Part shown: positions 8,723 through 17,890 of the stretch, piece by piece | Position numbering within the stretch: position 1 is the stretch's first letter | Layout: the number at the start of each line of letters is the position of its first letter | Origin: Candidatus Nitrosacidococcus tergens | GTDB taxonomy: Bacteria; Pseudomonadota; Gammaproteobacteria; Nitrosococcales; Nitrosococcaceae | Direction: 5' to 3' | Assembly (NCBI RefSeq): GCF_902810445.1 | Contig: NZ_LR778175.1 | Span: forward strand, 647,355-679,354 | DNA: 32,000 nucleotides | The notes under the pieces: model-generated | Told to the model about the DNA's origin: nothing | What the model saw: the letters and a program-made list of their open reading frames with translations, nothing else | The model's database searches: none | Program-made: the position numbers and the translations under genes

Positions 8723-8823
8723 ATTAAAATTTAAGTATACTGAGCTTGCTTTTAAAACGAATCCCACGATAAAAAGTGGGATTGTGCTCGGCTAGCTTTA
8801 AAGGATCTTTAACAATTTTTACT
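8645..8823 (+). promoter_or_regulatory. CRISPR leader
   Basis: A 179-bp AT-rich non-coding stretch lies between the cas6f stop and repeat 1. Repeat orientation (hairpin followed by the TTTAGAAA handle) puts transcription left to right. Repeat decay is at the far end of the array. I could not place -35/-10 elements or an IHF site with confidence. Confidence 0.7.
8760..8783. other. Leader hairpin AATCCCAC-GATAAAAA-GTGGGATT (8-bp perfect stem)
   Basis: Read directly. The 3' base of the stem (8783) is 61 nt upstream of the equivalent stem base of repeat 1 (8844), which is about one repeat-spacer period. On the minus strand it is followed by CGTTTTAAAA. Confidence 0.35.
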
Positions 8824-11800
8824 GTTCACCGCCGAATAGGCGGTTTAGAAAATGTAAGTATACTAGATGAATGTTTTAAAATAGTTCACCGCCGAATAGG
8901 CGGTTTAGAAATAAAAAATGAGCATAATTAATGATTTATCTATGTTCACCGCCGAATAGGCGGTTTAGAAAATTTGTAAGTAGCTATTTGTATTATTCAT
9001 TTTGTTCACCGCCGAATAGGCGGTTTAGAAAATCAGGAACGAAATTATTTCAAGGGGGTAAAAGTTCACCGCCGAATAGGCGGTTTAGAAAAAATCAGAG
9101 GCTCTAATGATGACAAACTATCAGTTCACCGCCGAATAGGCGGTTTAGAAAAATCTTGATCCGTATGATCGTTTTAGTATTAAGTTCACCGCCGAATAGG
9201 CGGTTTAGAAAATGCAATAAAATACTTTACTGCAAGCTGTGTTGTTCACCGCCGAATAGGCGGTTTAGAAAAGTGAACTTTAAGAGACATCGATCGCAAT
9301 GGTGTTCACCGCCGAATAGGCGGTTTAGAAAGAATGATAAACGTGCTACGTAAACATTAAATTGTTCACCGCCGAATAGGCGGTTTAGAAAATCTCGATA
9401 AAAATAATTGATTTTTACCTTCTGTTCACCGCCGAATAGGCGGTTTAGAAAATCAGTGCTTTGTAAATATCAAGTATCAAATCGTTCACCGCCGAATAGG
9501 CGGTTTAGAAAGTAACTTCTTAACGCTTTAATCACAGCCGAAAGTTCACCGCCGAATAGGCGGTTTAGAAAAAATACTACACAGACTGTATTACAACAAA
9601 TCTGTTCACCGCCGAATAGGCGGTTTAGAAAACAAACATTAGAAGAATATGAGTGGAAGGGAGGTTCACCGCCGAATAGGCGGTTTAGAAATAACCTTGA
9701 TCCGTACGATCGTTTTAGTATTAGTTCACCGCCGAATAGGCGGTTTAGAAAAGATAATCCATGTATCAACCCAACACCAACATGTTCACCGCCGAATAGG
9801 CGGTTTAGAAAAATAACATTCTTTCTTTGCAAAGATGAATGAGGTTCACCGCCGAATAGGCGGTTTAGAAAATATATAAATGACCTGTAGGTAATATAGG
9901 TATGTTCACCGCCGAATAGGCGGTTTAGAAAATCCCGCCAAATCATCTTCATATAATCGTTGCGTTCACCGCCGAATAGGCGGTTTAGAAATGTACATGA
10001 TGTGTTAAGACAATGGAGAAGCTGTTCACCGCCGAATAGGCGGTTTAGAAATGTTATAAAATTTCCCTTTATCTTCTGCTTCATGTTCACCGCCGAATAG
10101 GCGGTTTAGAAAATTGGCTTTAGTAGGACAGATAATTGACTTGAGTTCACCGCCGAATAGGCGGTTTAGAAATCAAGCAATTAAAGACATGGGTAGAAGA
10201 GTGTGTTCACCGCCGAATAGGCGGTTTAGAAAAAGTACATTTTCTGCTTTAAGTGCTAATGTTGGTTCACCGCCGAATAGGCGGTTTAGAAATTTTAGAT
10301 GTTGACTATCTGATACACCTCTAGGTTCACCGCCGAATAGGCGGTTTAGAAATCACAACGATAACCTGACAATACCACTACCTTGTTCACCGCCGAATAG
10401 GCGGTTTAGAAATATTTCAGGAATACTCATGTGTACTCCCCCGTGTTCACCGCCGAATAGGCGGTTTAGAAATATAGCGAGGGAAGTGTAACTGTACACG
10501 ATCCGTTCACCGCCGAATAGGCGGTTTAGAAACATTCTTTATTTTTTTAATTAATTTCATTTCGGTTCACCGCCGAATAGGCGGTTTAGAAAACCATAAT
10601 ACTCAGCTATTAATTGATCATATTGTTCACCGCCGAATAGGCGGTTTAGAAAACTTCACCTGAATCTTCTAAGATTCCTTGCATGTTCACCGCCGAATAG
10701 GCGGTTTAGAAATCTAACCTGTTTATTTAGCTCCTCACAACGATGTTCACCGCCGAATAGGCGGTTTAGAAATTTAATGGTGTCATCTACATAGGTACCA
10801 TAACGTTCACCGCCGAATAGGCGGTTTAGAAATTGGTTAAAAACAGTAGATGCAGATACTCTTGGTTCACCGCCGAATAGGCGGTTTAGAAATTTCAGAT
10901 GCTGGCTATCTGATACACCTCTAAGTTCACCGCCGAATAGGCGGTTTAGAAAAACAAGAATTCTAATATTCTCTGGTCAATCAAGTTCACCGCCGAATAG
11001 GCGGTTTAGAAATCAGAGAGACGGCACTTACAAACATGGAGGAAGTTCACCGCCGAATAGGCGGTTTAGAAAAAGAAAGTTTACTTCACTGCTTCTTCTA
11101 ACAAGTTCACCGCCGAATAGGCGGTTTAGAAATTACTTTCTTAAAGAGATAGAAGAATACCACCCGTTCACCGCCGAATAGGCGGTTTAGAAAAGTCGGC
11201 CCACTTAAAGACGCTAGTGATTGGTGTTCACCGCCGAATAGGCGGTTTAGAAAGATAATTATAAACAGCTGGTATCGTTCTTCTCGTTCACCGCCGAATA
11301 GGCGGTTTAGAAAGTAAAATACGATAATACTCCGAGTAATGACACGTTCACCGCCGAATAGGCGGTTTAGAAAGCGTCAAAATCTAAATTACCCATTATT
11401 TGTATGTTCACCGCCGAATAGGCGGTTTAGAAATGCATGATCAGGTGGCAATATTCTATCTCTTAGTTCACCGCCGAATAGGCGGTTTAGAAAATCAAAT
11501 GTACATCTCAAATCTTCAGCGTTATGTTCACCGCCGAATAGGCGGTTTAGAAATACAGTGCCCATCCCTATTCCTCTGCATATAGGTTCACCGCCGAATA
11601 GGCGGTTTAGAAAACTAACAACATTTATTCTAAGTTGTGCATTGAGTTCACCGCCGAATAGGCGGTTTAGAAAGCTCGGTGAGACAGTAGTTATTCAAAA
11701 ATCACGTTCACCGCCGAATAGGCGGTTTAGAAAATATACACAATGGATAGTCAAAAGCATTTTACGTTCACCGCCGAATAGGCGGTTTAGAAAACAACTC

Positions 11801-12213
11801 ATGCAGATGGTACTCGTGTAATATTGTTCACCGCCGAATAGGCGGTTTAGAAATGCACTTATAAAGCCTTGATGTATTGTTTCTGGTTCACCGCCGAATA
11901 GGCGGTTTAGAAATATCCTGAATAATACTCATAAGTTAATACTGTAGTTCACCGCCGAATAGGCGGTTTAGAAAATTGTCTTAAAACATCGTGTACTGGT
12001 ATGTCAGTTCACCGCCGAATAGGCGGTTTAGAAATGTATCCAGCGTACATCAAATTTTGTAAAGAAGTTCACCGCCGAATAGGCGGTTTAGAAATGTAGC
12101 TCTTACTCTTTTATCTCCGCTCTCTAGTTCACCGCCGAACAGGCGGTTTAAAAAATCAGAGCCCACAGAAACCAAACCCACTTTGTATTATCTCCGAATA
12201 AGTAATTTAGAGA
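8824..12213 (+). CRISPR. Type I-F CRISPR array: 56 repeats plus 1 decayed terminal repeat, 56 spacers
   Basis: The 28-nt repeat GTTCACCGCCGAATAGGCGGTTTAGAAA has an ACCGCC/GGCGGT stem and a GAATA loop. Repeat starts are at 8824+60k (21 copies), 10085+60k (18), 11166+60k (13), then 11947, 12007, 12067 and 12127. The register shifts come from 33-nt spacers after the repeats at 10024, 11105 and 11886. Repeats 1-55 are identical by eye. Repeat 56 (12127-12154) carries T14C and G25A. It resembles the I-F consensus I recall (GTTCACTGCCGTATAGGCAGCTAAGAAA). Confidence 0.98.
12186..12213 (+). repeat. Decayed terminal repeat (TATTATCTCCGAATAAGTAATTTAGAGA)
   Basis: It matches the consensus at 18 of 28 positions when aligned in register. 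The CCGAATA and TTTAGA blocks are kept and the hairpin is destroyed. It is preceded by a 31-nt spacer (12155-12185). This is typical trailer-end decay. Confidence 0.6.
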
Positions 12214-12306
12214 ATCCAATAAGAGATATTTAATCTAAATATTTGTATAATCACTGGTTAATTATTTACTATTTTACTTAAAAAAATAAATATACATAGC
12301 ATTGTA

Positions 12307-12822
12307 ATGAAGAAACTGCTCTTTATACCTATCCTCTTTATTCATATTCAAGCAAAAGCATGGGTTGACAATCTCGCTAATGACTCTATGGAAGGCTATC
12401 CCATCTATTCTATAGGGGTAATGAGTGAAGATGGGGATGAGGAACTTATTTTTGATTGTAGTAAAAATGGGGTAGAAAGCACTTTATTGCTCAATCAAGA
12501 TATTACCGTAATCTATACAAGCTATCTTGCCTATGATGCTTATGCAGGGTTTTATGATGGAAAGAAGCCTGAATTATATCGGGATATTATCTATCGAATT
12601 GATAACAATCGTGTAGAGAGGACAGGAAGTGATGTAGTTCGCCACGATGTAGGATTGTTGAAATTGCGTGGAACTATGGATAGGTATTCCCCTTGGGATA
12701 TCCTCCATCAAATGAAAGATAAATCAGAAATCATTATGCAGGTGGAGGGGCTAACTATGGAGTTTGATATTAGCGGGGTCAGTGAATATTATCCTAAGTT
12801 TAAGGAATACTGTAATTTCTAG
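12307..12822 (+). CDS. Hypothetical secreted protein (171 aa), no recognised family
   Basis: It has a clear N-terminal signal peptide (MKKLLFIPILFIHIQAKA|W), a Cys near each end of the mature chain, and an acidic, Tyr-rich mature region. A TATAAT lies at 12246-12251 upstream. There is no obvious SD. Confidence 0.6.
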   Translation: MKKLLFIPILFIHIQAKAWVDNLANDSMEGYPIYSIGVMSEDGDEELIFDCSKNGVESTLLLNQDITVIYTSYLAYDAYAGFYDGKKPELYRDIIYRIDNNRVERTGSDVVRHDVGLLKLRGTMDRYSPWDILHQMKDKSEIIMQVEGLTMEFDISGVSEYYPKFKEYCNF

Positions 12823-12835
12823 GATTAAATGTTAT

Positions 12836-14002
12836 CTAAGCAGATCGTAAAGAATCTACAATATTCATTCTTGCTGCACGGACTGCAGGTAAAAATCCGC
12901 CTAGCAATCCCATAAATAAAGAGAAAATGATAGCTTGCTCCATAATTTTCTCTGTCAGAATAAAGCTAAAGGCAAGCTCAGAAAAGGTTTGCCAATTCAT
13001 GGTGGAAATCGTAAAAAATTGCATAAATGAAGCAATAAATAAGCCTATTGCACCACCAATTAGACTCAAAGCAAGGGATTCTAAAAGAAAAGCAGATAAA
13101 ATGCTGCTTCTTGGAAAACCAAGGGCACGAAGAGTGCCAATTTCTATGGTACGGTTTGCTACTGATGCATACATGGTAATCATGGCACCAATCATGGCAC
13201 CAATGGAAAAAATAATACTCAAAGATATCCCTAAGACTTTTAAAAATCGAGACATCATTTCTGATTGTTCAGCATAAAAGGTAATTTCTCGTTTTGCTAA
13301 AATGGTCAACCGTTGATCGCTTTCTAAAAGGGTTTTAGTTTGTTCAAAAGCATTAGGATCGGCTAGTTTAAAAATAATAGAAGAATAAGCATTACGACGA
13401 AAGGCTTGCATGAGTTGATTTACATCCCCCCATACTTCAGAGCTAAATCCAGTTTTCCCTCCATCAAAAATACCCACAATAGTCCATTCATTCATACCAA
13501 GATGAATTTTATCTCCCACATGGGTATGGCTAAAGCTTTCAGCCAATTTATTACCTACAATGACTTCACTTGCTCCGGGGCGAAACATTCTTCCTTCAAC
13601 AAGCCGAATTTGGGGGCGTAATGCCAGTCCTGCACTAGAAATCCCCCGAACGGTGACATTAGATGGCTTACCGGTCATTTTTTTAGGTAGCACAATCAAT
13701 ACAATGAGCTCTTTTGAAATGAGTCCTTCGCCTTGAGAGTCATAAGCTATTTTAGGTAGGCTAGTAATGATTCCTGCTTGTTCTCGATCAATAGTACTTT
13801 GTACTTCGGTTTCTGCTGCATGGCGAAGTACGATCATGTTATCTGGACTGCCAGTAGCAACTAAGGTTTCTTTTAAGCCAGCAGAGAGCATCAATACAGT
13901 GGTAAAAACGAAAACCACTAGACTCATACCAATAGCAGTCAGTAGGGTAGTAAGCTTACGTGTCCAAAGATTACGAATAATGTAGATAAAGGGGATCTTC
14001 AT
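12836..14002 (-). CDS. ABC exporter permease, FtsX/MacB-type (second of two)
   Basis: The ORF track gives 12836..14125, but the first 41 codons overlap the upstream permease and look non-native. From the ATG at 14002 the protein reads MKIPFIYIIRNLWTRKLTTLLTAIGMSLVVF.... That gives 389 aa with TM1, a large periplasmic domain and three C-terminal TMs, a paralogue of the 388-aa neighbour. Confidence 0.85.
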   Translation of the reverse strand: MKIPFIYIIRNLWTRKLTTLLTAIGMSLVVFVFTTVLMLSAGLKETLVATGSPDNMIVLRHAAETEVQSTIDREQAGIITSLPKIAYDSQGEGLISKELIVLIVLPKKMTGKPSNVTVRGISSAGLALRPQIRLVEGRMFRPGASEVIVGNKLAESFSHTHVGDKIHLGMNEWTIVGIFDGGKTGFSSEVWGDVNQLMQAFRRNAYSSIIFKLADPNAFEQTKTLLESDQRLTILAKREITFYAEQSEMMSRFLKVLGISLSIIFSIGAMIGAMITMYASVANRTIEIGTLRALGFPRSSILSAFLLESLALSLIGGAIGLFIASFMQFFTISTMNWQTFSELAFSFILTEKIMEQAIIFSLFMGLLGGFLPAVRAARMNIVDSLRSA

Positions 14003-14016
14003 GAAAGATAAAGGAG

Positions 14017-15183
14017 CTAGCCAATATCTCGAAAACCGCTTAGGATAGGCGTAGTCGCTCCACGCCAAGCAGGAATTGCTGCTGCACTTATACCTACCAT
14101 AATAGCAGCTCCAATAGAGAGCCAAGCAGTTTGGATGGTTACTCTGAAAATGGGAAAGAAAGTACCTATTTTAGTGACAAAAATATGAGCAGTAGGGTAA
14201 AGAAGAATCAGTCCTAAAATTCCTCCTGTGATAGCAATAATTAAAGATTCCCCGTACACGAGTAGGGCAATGTATTTGCCAGAAAACCCGAGTGCCTTTA
14301 AGGTAGCATATTCCCGTTTTCGTTCTCTAGCATTCATTGCCATCGTATTTGCCATAATTGCCATTATGATGATAATTACCAGAAATGAAACAATTTTAAT
14401 TACGGTAACAATGGCTTCTGTCATGGCAACAAAACTAAGTTGAAAGACTTTTTCCGTTTCAGTTAGGGTTTCTGCAGGGGAATTTTTAAACTGGCTATCA
14501 ATTTCCTGAGAAATTTTAGCCGCTTGGCTAGAATTCTCTAATCCAACGATATAAATTCCTACATGATCTATGTTTTCATTAGTCGCTTTATCTTCTTTGA
14601 TCCGCTCGTTTAAATGTTGCCAATGAAACATAAATAGAGTTTCATCTACTCCCTTAGTCTCTCCTCGGTAAATTCCTCGAAGGACAAAATTCCAGTTTCC
14701 GGGGTAAATCACGCCTCGAATTGGGATCGTATCTCCAATTTTCCAGCCATATTTATTGGCCAACCGCTCTCCAGCTACCGCTCCCTGTCGATCAAGGAAA
14801 AAGGCTTTTTTCTGATCGGGAGGAAGTACATACTCAGGATAAAGATCGAGATAGCTTCGAGGCTCAATGGCAAATTGGGGAAAAAAGTTTTTTTCACTAA
14901 TATAAATACCCCCAAACCAAACAGAATAACTCATGGCTGATACCCCTTTGGTTTGTTGAATTTTGTTTTTATAACTTAAAGGCAGGGGAAAAAGTAGAGA
15001 GATAGCATTGCGGGTAATTAAGCGTGCAGCTGAAGCCGATTCAGCTTTGCCATACCAAGCATCTACTACCGTACGTAATAAACCAAAAGCAATAATAGCA
15101 ATCACAATACCAATTAGGGTAAGTAGGGTTCTCAATTTTTGCCGAAAGGCATTGCGAGTAATTAATAACAGTAAGTGAGACAT
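14017..15183 (-). CDS. ABC exporter permease, FtsX/MacB-type (first of two)
   Basis: 388 aa. It has an N-terminal TM (LRTLLTLIGIVIAIIAFGLL), a periplasmic domain of about 220 aa and a C-terminal FtsX-like 3-TM bundle (ATLKALGFSGKYIALLVYGESL). Confidence 0.88.
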   Translation of the reverse strand: MSHLLLLITRNAFRQKLRTLLTLIGIVIAIIAFGLLRTVVDAWYGKAESASAARLITRNAISLLFPLPLSYKNKIQQTKGVSAMSYSVWFGGIYISEKNFFPQFAIEPRSYLDLYPEYVLPPDQKKAFFLDRQGAVAGERLANKYGWKIGDTIPIRGVIYPGNWNFVLRGIYRGETKGVDETLFMFHWQHLNERIKEDKATNENIDHVGIYIVGLENSSQAAKISQEIDSQFKNSPAETLTETEKVFQLSFVAMTEAIVTVIKIVSFLVIIIIMAIMANTMAMNARERKREYATLKALGFSGKYIALLVYGESLIIAITGGILGLILLYPTAHIFVTKIGTFFPIFRVTIQTAWLSIGAAIMVGISAAAIPAWRGATTPILSGFRDIG

Positions 15184-15205
15184 GGGAAAGTAGCTTAAAG
15201 AATAA

Positions 15206-15871
15206 TTACTGGTTAAGCACTCCCTTATCCAAATGTTTCACTAAGTGAGCACAATCTGCAGCTGTTTGATCGTGGGTGACCATAACAATAGTTTTGCCTA
15301 GATCTTGATTGAGTTGCTGTAGCAATTTAAGAATATCTTTTGCTGATTCCCGATCTAAATCTCCCGTAGGCTCATCGGCTACAATGAGGGTAGGATCAGT
15401 CACTAAAGCACGGGCAATAGCCACCCGCTGTTGCTGTCCACCTGAAAGTTGAGAAGGGTAGTGATCCATGCGATCTTTAAGTCCAACAATAGTAAGTACT
15501 AGAGCTGCATGTTCCTTTCTTTCTTTACGAGTTAGGTCAGTGAGGGATAAAGGTAACTCCACATTTTCATGCGCGGTAAGTACCGGCATTAAATTATAAA
15601 ACTGGAAAATAAACCCTACGTGATCTGCTCGCCACCGTGCTAAATCTTTTTCTGCTAAGGTAGCAATATCTATCCCATCTACATATAAATGACCACTGCT
15701 TGGCGTATCAATCCCAGCTATTAAATTTAGTAAGGTACTTTTTCCAGAGCCAGAAGGACCCATCAAAGCAATAAATTCACCATCGGCAATGGTTAAATTA
15801 ATATTTTCAAGGACAGGTACGGTTTGATTACCCCGTTGATAGAATTTACTGATTCCTTTTATTTCTACCAT
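15206..15871 (-). CDS. ABC transporter ATP-binding protein (MacB/LolD-like)
   Basis: Walker [10 protein letters not shown], signature [15 protein letters not shown], Walker [13 protein letters not shown] and an H-loop VTHD. 221 aa. Confidence 0.95.
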   Translation of the reverse strand: MVEIKGISKFYQRGNQTVPVLENINLTIADGEFIALMGPSGSGKSTLLNLIAGIDTPSSGHLYVDGIDIATLAEKDLARWRADHVGFIFQFYNLMPVLTAHENVELPLSLTDLTRKERKEHAALVLTIVGLKDRMDHYPSQLSGGQQQRVAIARALVTDPTLIVADEPTGDLDRESAKDILKLLQQLNQDLGKTIVMVTHDQTAADCAHLVKHLDKGVLNQ

Positions 15872-15883
15872 ACATAATAGATA

Positions 15884-17110
15884 CTAATCTGTAATAGGGA
15901 GAATGCGAGCGTTGTCTTTAAGTTTTTCCGGTGGGTTAATGACAACTTCATCATCTAGATTGAGTCCTTGTTTAAGCACTACAGAATCTCCCCAATTTTC
16001 TCCAAGTACTAAAGGAATTAAATGGGCAGTATTACCTTGAATCTGAAAGGCATAATTTTGATTATTTTTAGTAACGATAGCAGCTTTAGGAATGGTAGTA
16101 CGAGAGGTTAAATCTTCTGGTGAAAGAGGTTGGGAAAGAAAGGACACTCTAGCACTCATATCAGGTAAAATTCGTTCATCTTGATCAATAAAACCAATTT
16201 TTACCAGTACCGTAGCTTTGGAGCGATCTACGGTGGGAACAATCATATGAACACGACCACGAATACGCTTATCCGGAAAGGCATCGAACTGAATCTGGCA
16301 AGGTTGGTGGATTTTTACTTGCATCAAGTTAGCTTCTGACACATCTGCCTCTACTTGTAAGGTACTCATATCAGCCATAGAAACTACCGCTCCTTTCGAT
16401 TGAGTAGCTGGGGAGAGAGGAACAATCACATCACCTACATCAGCGTGTTTTTCCAAGATAACCCCGTTAAAGGGAGCACGGATCAAAGTATATTCTACAG
16501 CAACTTTAGCTGCTCGGTAGGCTGCTTTAGCGGCAATAATAGCCGCTTTTGCACTTTGAACAACTGCTTTTGCCGTGTTATAACGAGCTTCAGCCGCATC
16601 ATATTCAGATTGGGTTGCAAGCTTTCTCTTTGTTAAATTGACTAACCTAGCTAGCTCAATTCTTGCATTCTCTAGCTCAGTTTGAGCTTGTAATAACTCA
16701 GCTTCGGCAACAGCCACATTAGCTTCAGCTTGTGCTTGTGCTGCCAGTACATCTTGGTTTTCTAACTGAGCAATAATATCTCCTTTTTTTATATAGTCTC
16801 CTTCCTCAACATTTAATACTTCTAATTGCCCAGTGCCTTTAGAAGCAATATCTGCTTTGGTTTGAGGCACTACATAGCCAGTGGCATTAAACAGAGTGTA
16901 ATTTTGAGCAGGATAGACTTGGGAAATGGTACTAATTTTTACCTTAATTCCCTTATGGAAAAACTGAATATAAAGAAAAGATATAATACTAATGAATAGA
17001 AAAACAAAAATAACTAACCATTTATACTTTTTTTTAGGTGGTGATTTTATTTGAGATTTATTATTTTTATCCCCATGGCGAGTAATCTTTAGCTTTTCTA
17101 ACTCCTCCAT
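15884..17110 (-). CDS. Periplasmic adaptor / membrane fusion protein (HlyD/MacA family)
   Basis: 408 aa. It has an N-terminal TM anchor, a lipoyl-like motif (GDYIKKGDIIAQLE), a long Ala/Gln-rich coiled-coil hairpin and a beta-barrel C-terminal part. It is the first gene of the exporter operon. Confidence 0.88.
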   Translation of the reverse strand: MEELEKLKITRHGDKNNKSQIKSPPKKKYKWLVIFVFLFISIISFLYIQFFHKGIKVKISTISQVYPAQNYTLFNATGYVVPQTKADIASKGTGQLEVLNVEEGDYIKKGDIIAQLENQDVLAAQAQAEANVAVAEAELLQAQTELENARIELARLVNLTKRKLATQSEYDAAEARYNTAKAVVQSAKAAIIAAKAAYRAAKVAVEYTLIRAPFNGVILEKHADVGDVIVPLSPATQSKGAVVSMADMSTLQVEADVSEANLMQVKIHQPCQIQFDAFPDKRIRGRVHMIVPTVDRSKATVLVKIGFIDQDERILPDMSARVSFLSQPLSPEDLTSRTTIPKAAIVTKNNQNYAFQIQGNTAHLIPLVLGENWGDSVVLKQGLNLDDEVVINPPEKLKDNARILPITD

Positions 17111-17140
17111 GAAACTATGAATTATCTAAAGTATTTTTAT

Positions 17141-17797
17141 TTAGCTTATTTTTTTTACTTTCTGCCACTTTGCTCTAGCAATTTCTATCACCATAGGCAG
17201 GATAGAGAGGAAAATAATACCTAAAATAACTTTTTCAAAATTATTTTTTACAAAGGTGTTATTTCCAAACCAATAGCCAGCAAAGATAAGTAATAGAACC
17301 CATAGACCACCACCAACAACGTTGTAGGAAATAAATTTCCTATAGTGCATATAGCCAATACCAGCAACAAATGGAGCAAAGGTTCTTACAATGGGAACAA
17401 AGCGGGCTAGAATAATCGTTTTTGCTCCATATTGCTCAAAAAAATTATGAGTTTTATTTAAATATTTAGGATTAACTAGCGGCTTTCCTCTAAAGTGCCA
17501 ATCTAATACTTTATACCCAAATAGTTTGCCAATAGTATAATTAACAGTATCTCCTAAAATAGCTGCAGTAATGAGTAAAATAAATGCTATCCATATATTT
17601 AATCCATCTTCATGGGCTGTAAAAACACCTACAGTAAATAGTAAGGAATCTCCAGGAAGAAGAGGCATAATTACTAGACCAGTTTCAATAAAAATGATTA
17701 AAAATAAAATTGCATATACCCATATTCCATACTGAGCAAGCATAGTACCCAAGTGAGTATCAAAATGGAGAAAGAAACTCAAGAAATGGCTTAACAT
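17141..17797 (-). CDS. DedA-family inner membrane protein
   Basis: 218 aa and polytopic. The LPGDSLLF and ARFVPIVRTFAPFVAG motifs are characteristic of DedA/VTT-domain proteins. Confidence 0.85.
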   Translation of the reverse strand: MLSHFLSFFLHFDTHLGTMLAQYGIWVYAILFLIIFIETGLVIMPLLPGDSLLFTVGVFTAHEDGLNIWIAFILLITAAILGDTVNYTIGKLFGYKVLDWHFRGKPLVNPKYLNKTHNFFEQYGAKTIILARFVPIVRTFAPFVAGIGYMHYRKFISYNVVGGGLWVLLLIFAGYWFGNNTFVKNNFEKVILGIIFLSILPMVIEIARAKWQKVKKIS

Positions 17798-17890
17798 AAG
17801 TGTAATAAAAAATTATGTTTTAAAGTTCTGAAGACAGATTTTAATTTATTTTTACGCTTAAATTAAAAAAGTAGAGAAAAAAGAATACTT

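Noticed and set aside
8726-8757. Leader segment AAAATTTAAGTATACT...TTTTAAAA resembles the repeat-1/spacer-1 junction AAAATGTAAGTATACT...TTTTAAAA (8849-8881) at an offset of about 123-124 nt
   Set aside because: Only 12 of 13 spacer bases plus a low-complexity 8-mer match, and the middle 8-9 nt do not. Given about 1.8 kb of AT-rich spacers compared with a 180-nt AT-rich leader, a match of this size is roughly expected by chance. No CC PAM precedes it, so it is not a functional self-target.
9156-11821. ORF-track entries inside the array (9156..9353, 9470..10090, 10114..10305, 10353..10535, 11400..11585, 11558..11821), with reiterated SPPNRRFRK / FLNRLFGGE / VHRRIGGLE peptides
   Set aside because: They are artefacts of translating the 28-nt CRISPR repeat in different frames. 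The periodic identical peptide every 20 codons is the repeat itself, not a protein.
9004-12185. Several spacers begin with (A)ATCAG or TCAGAG (spacers 4, 5, 11, 37, 56)
   Set aside because: The shared 5-7-mers do not extend further. With 56 spacers, some shared short prefixes are expected, and the repeat's terminal A-run makes the boundary ambiguous. I infer no PAM or acquisition motif.
12307-12822. The 171-aa ORF next to the array as a candidate anti-CRISPR or Cas accessory protein
   Set aside because: It carries a secretory signal peptide, so it is exported, which is incompatible with a cytoplasmic Acr or Cas role. No aca-like HTH gene or mobile-element context is present.
14003-14125. N-terminal 41-codon extension of the second FtsX permease (MALYWSCYYGRYKCSS...)
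   Set aside because: It overlaps the 3' end of the upstream permease by about 109 nt and is Cys/Tyr/Trp-rich, unlike a membrane protein N-terminus. The Met at 14002 gives an N-terminus parallel to that of the paralogue.
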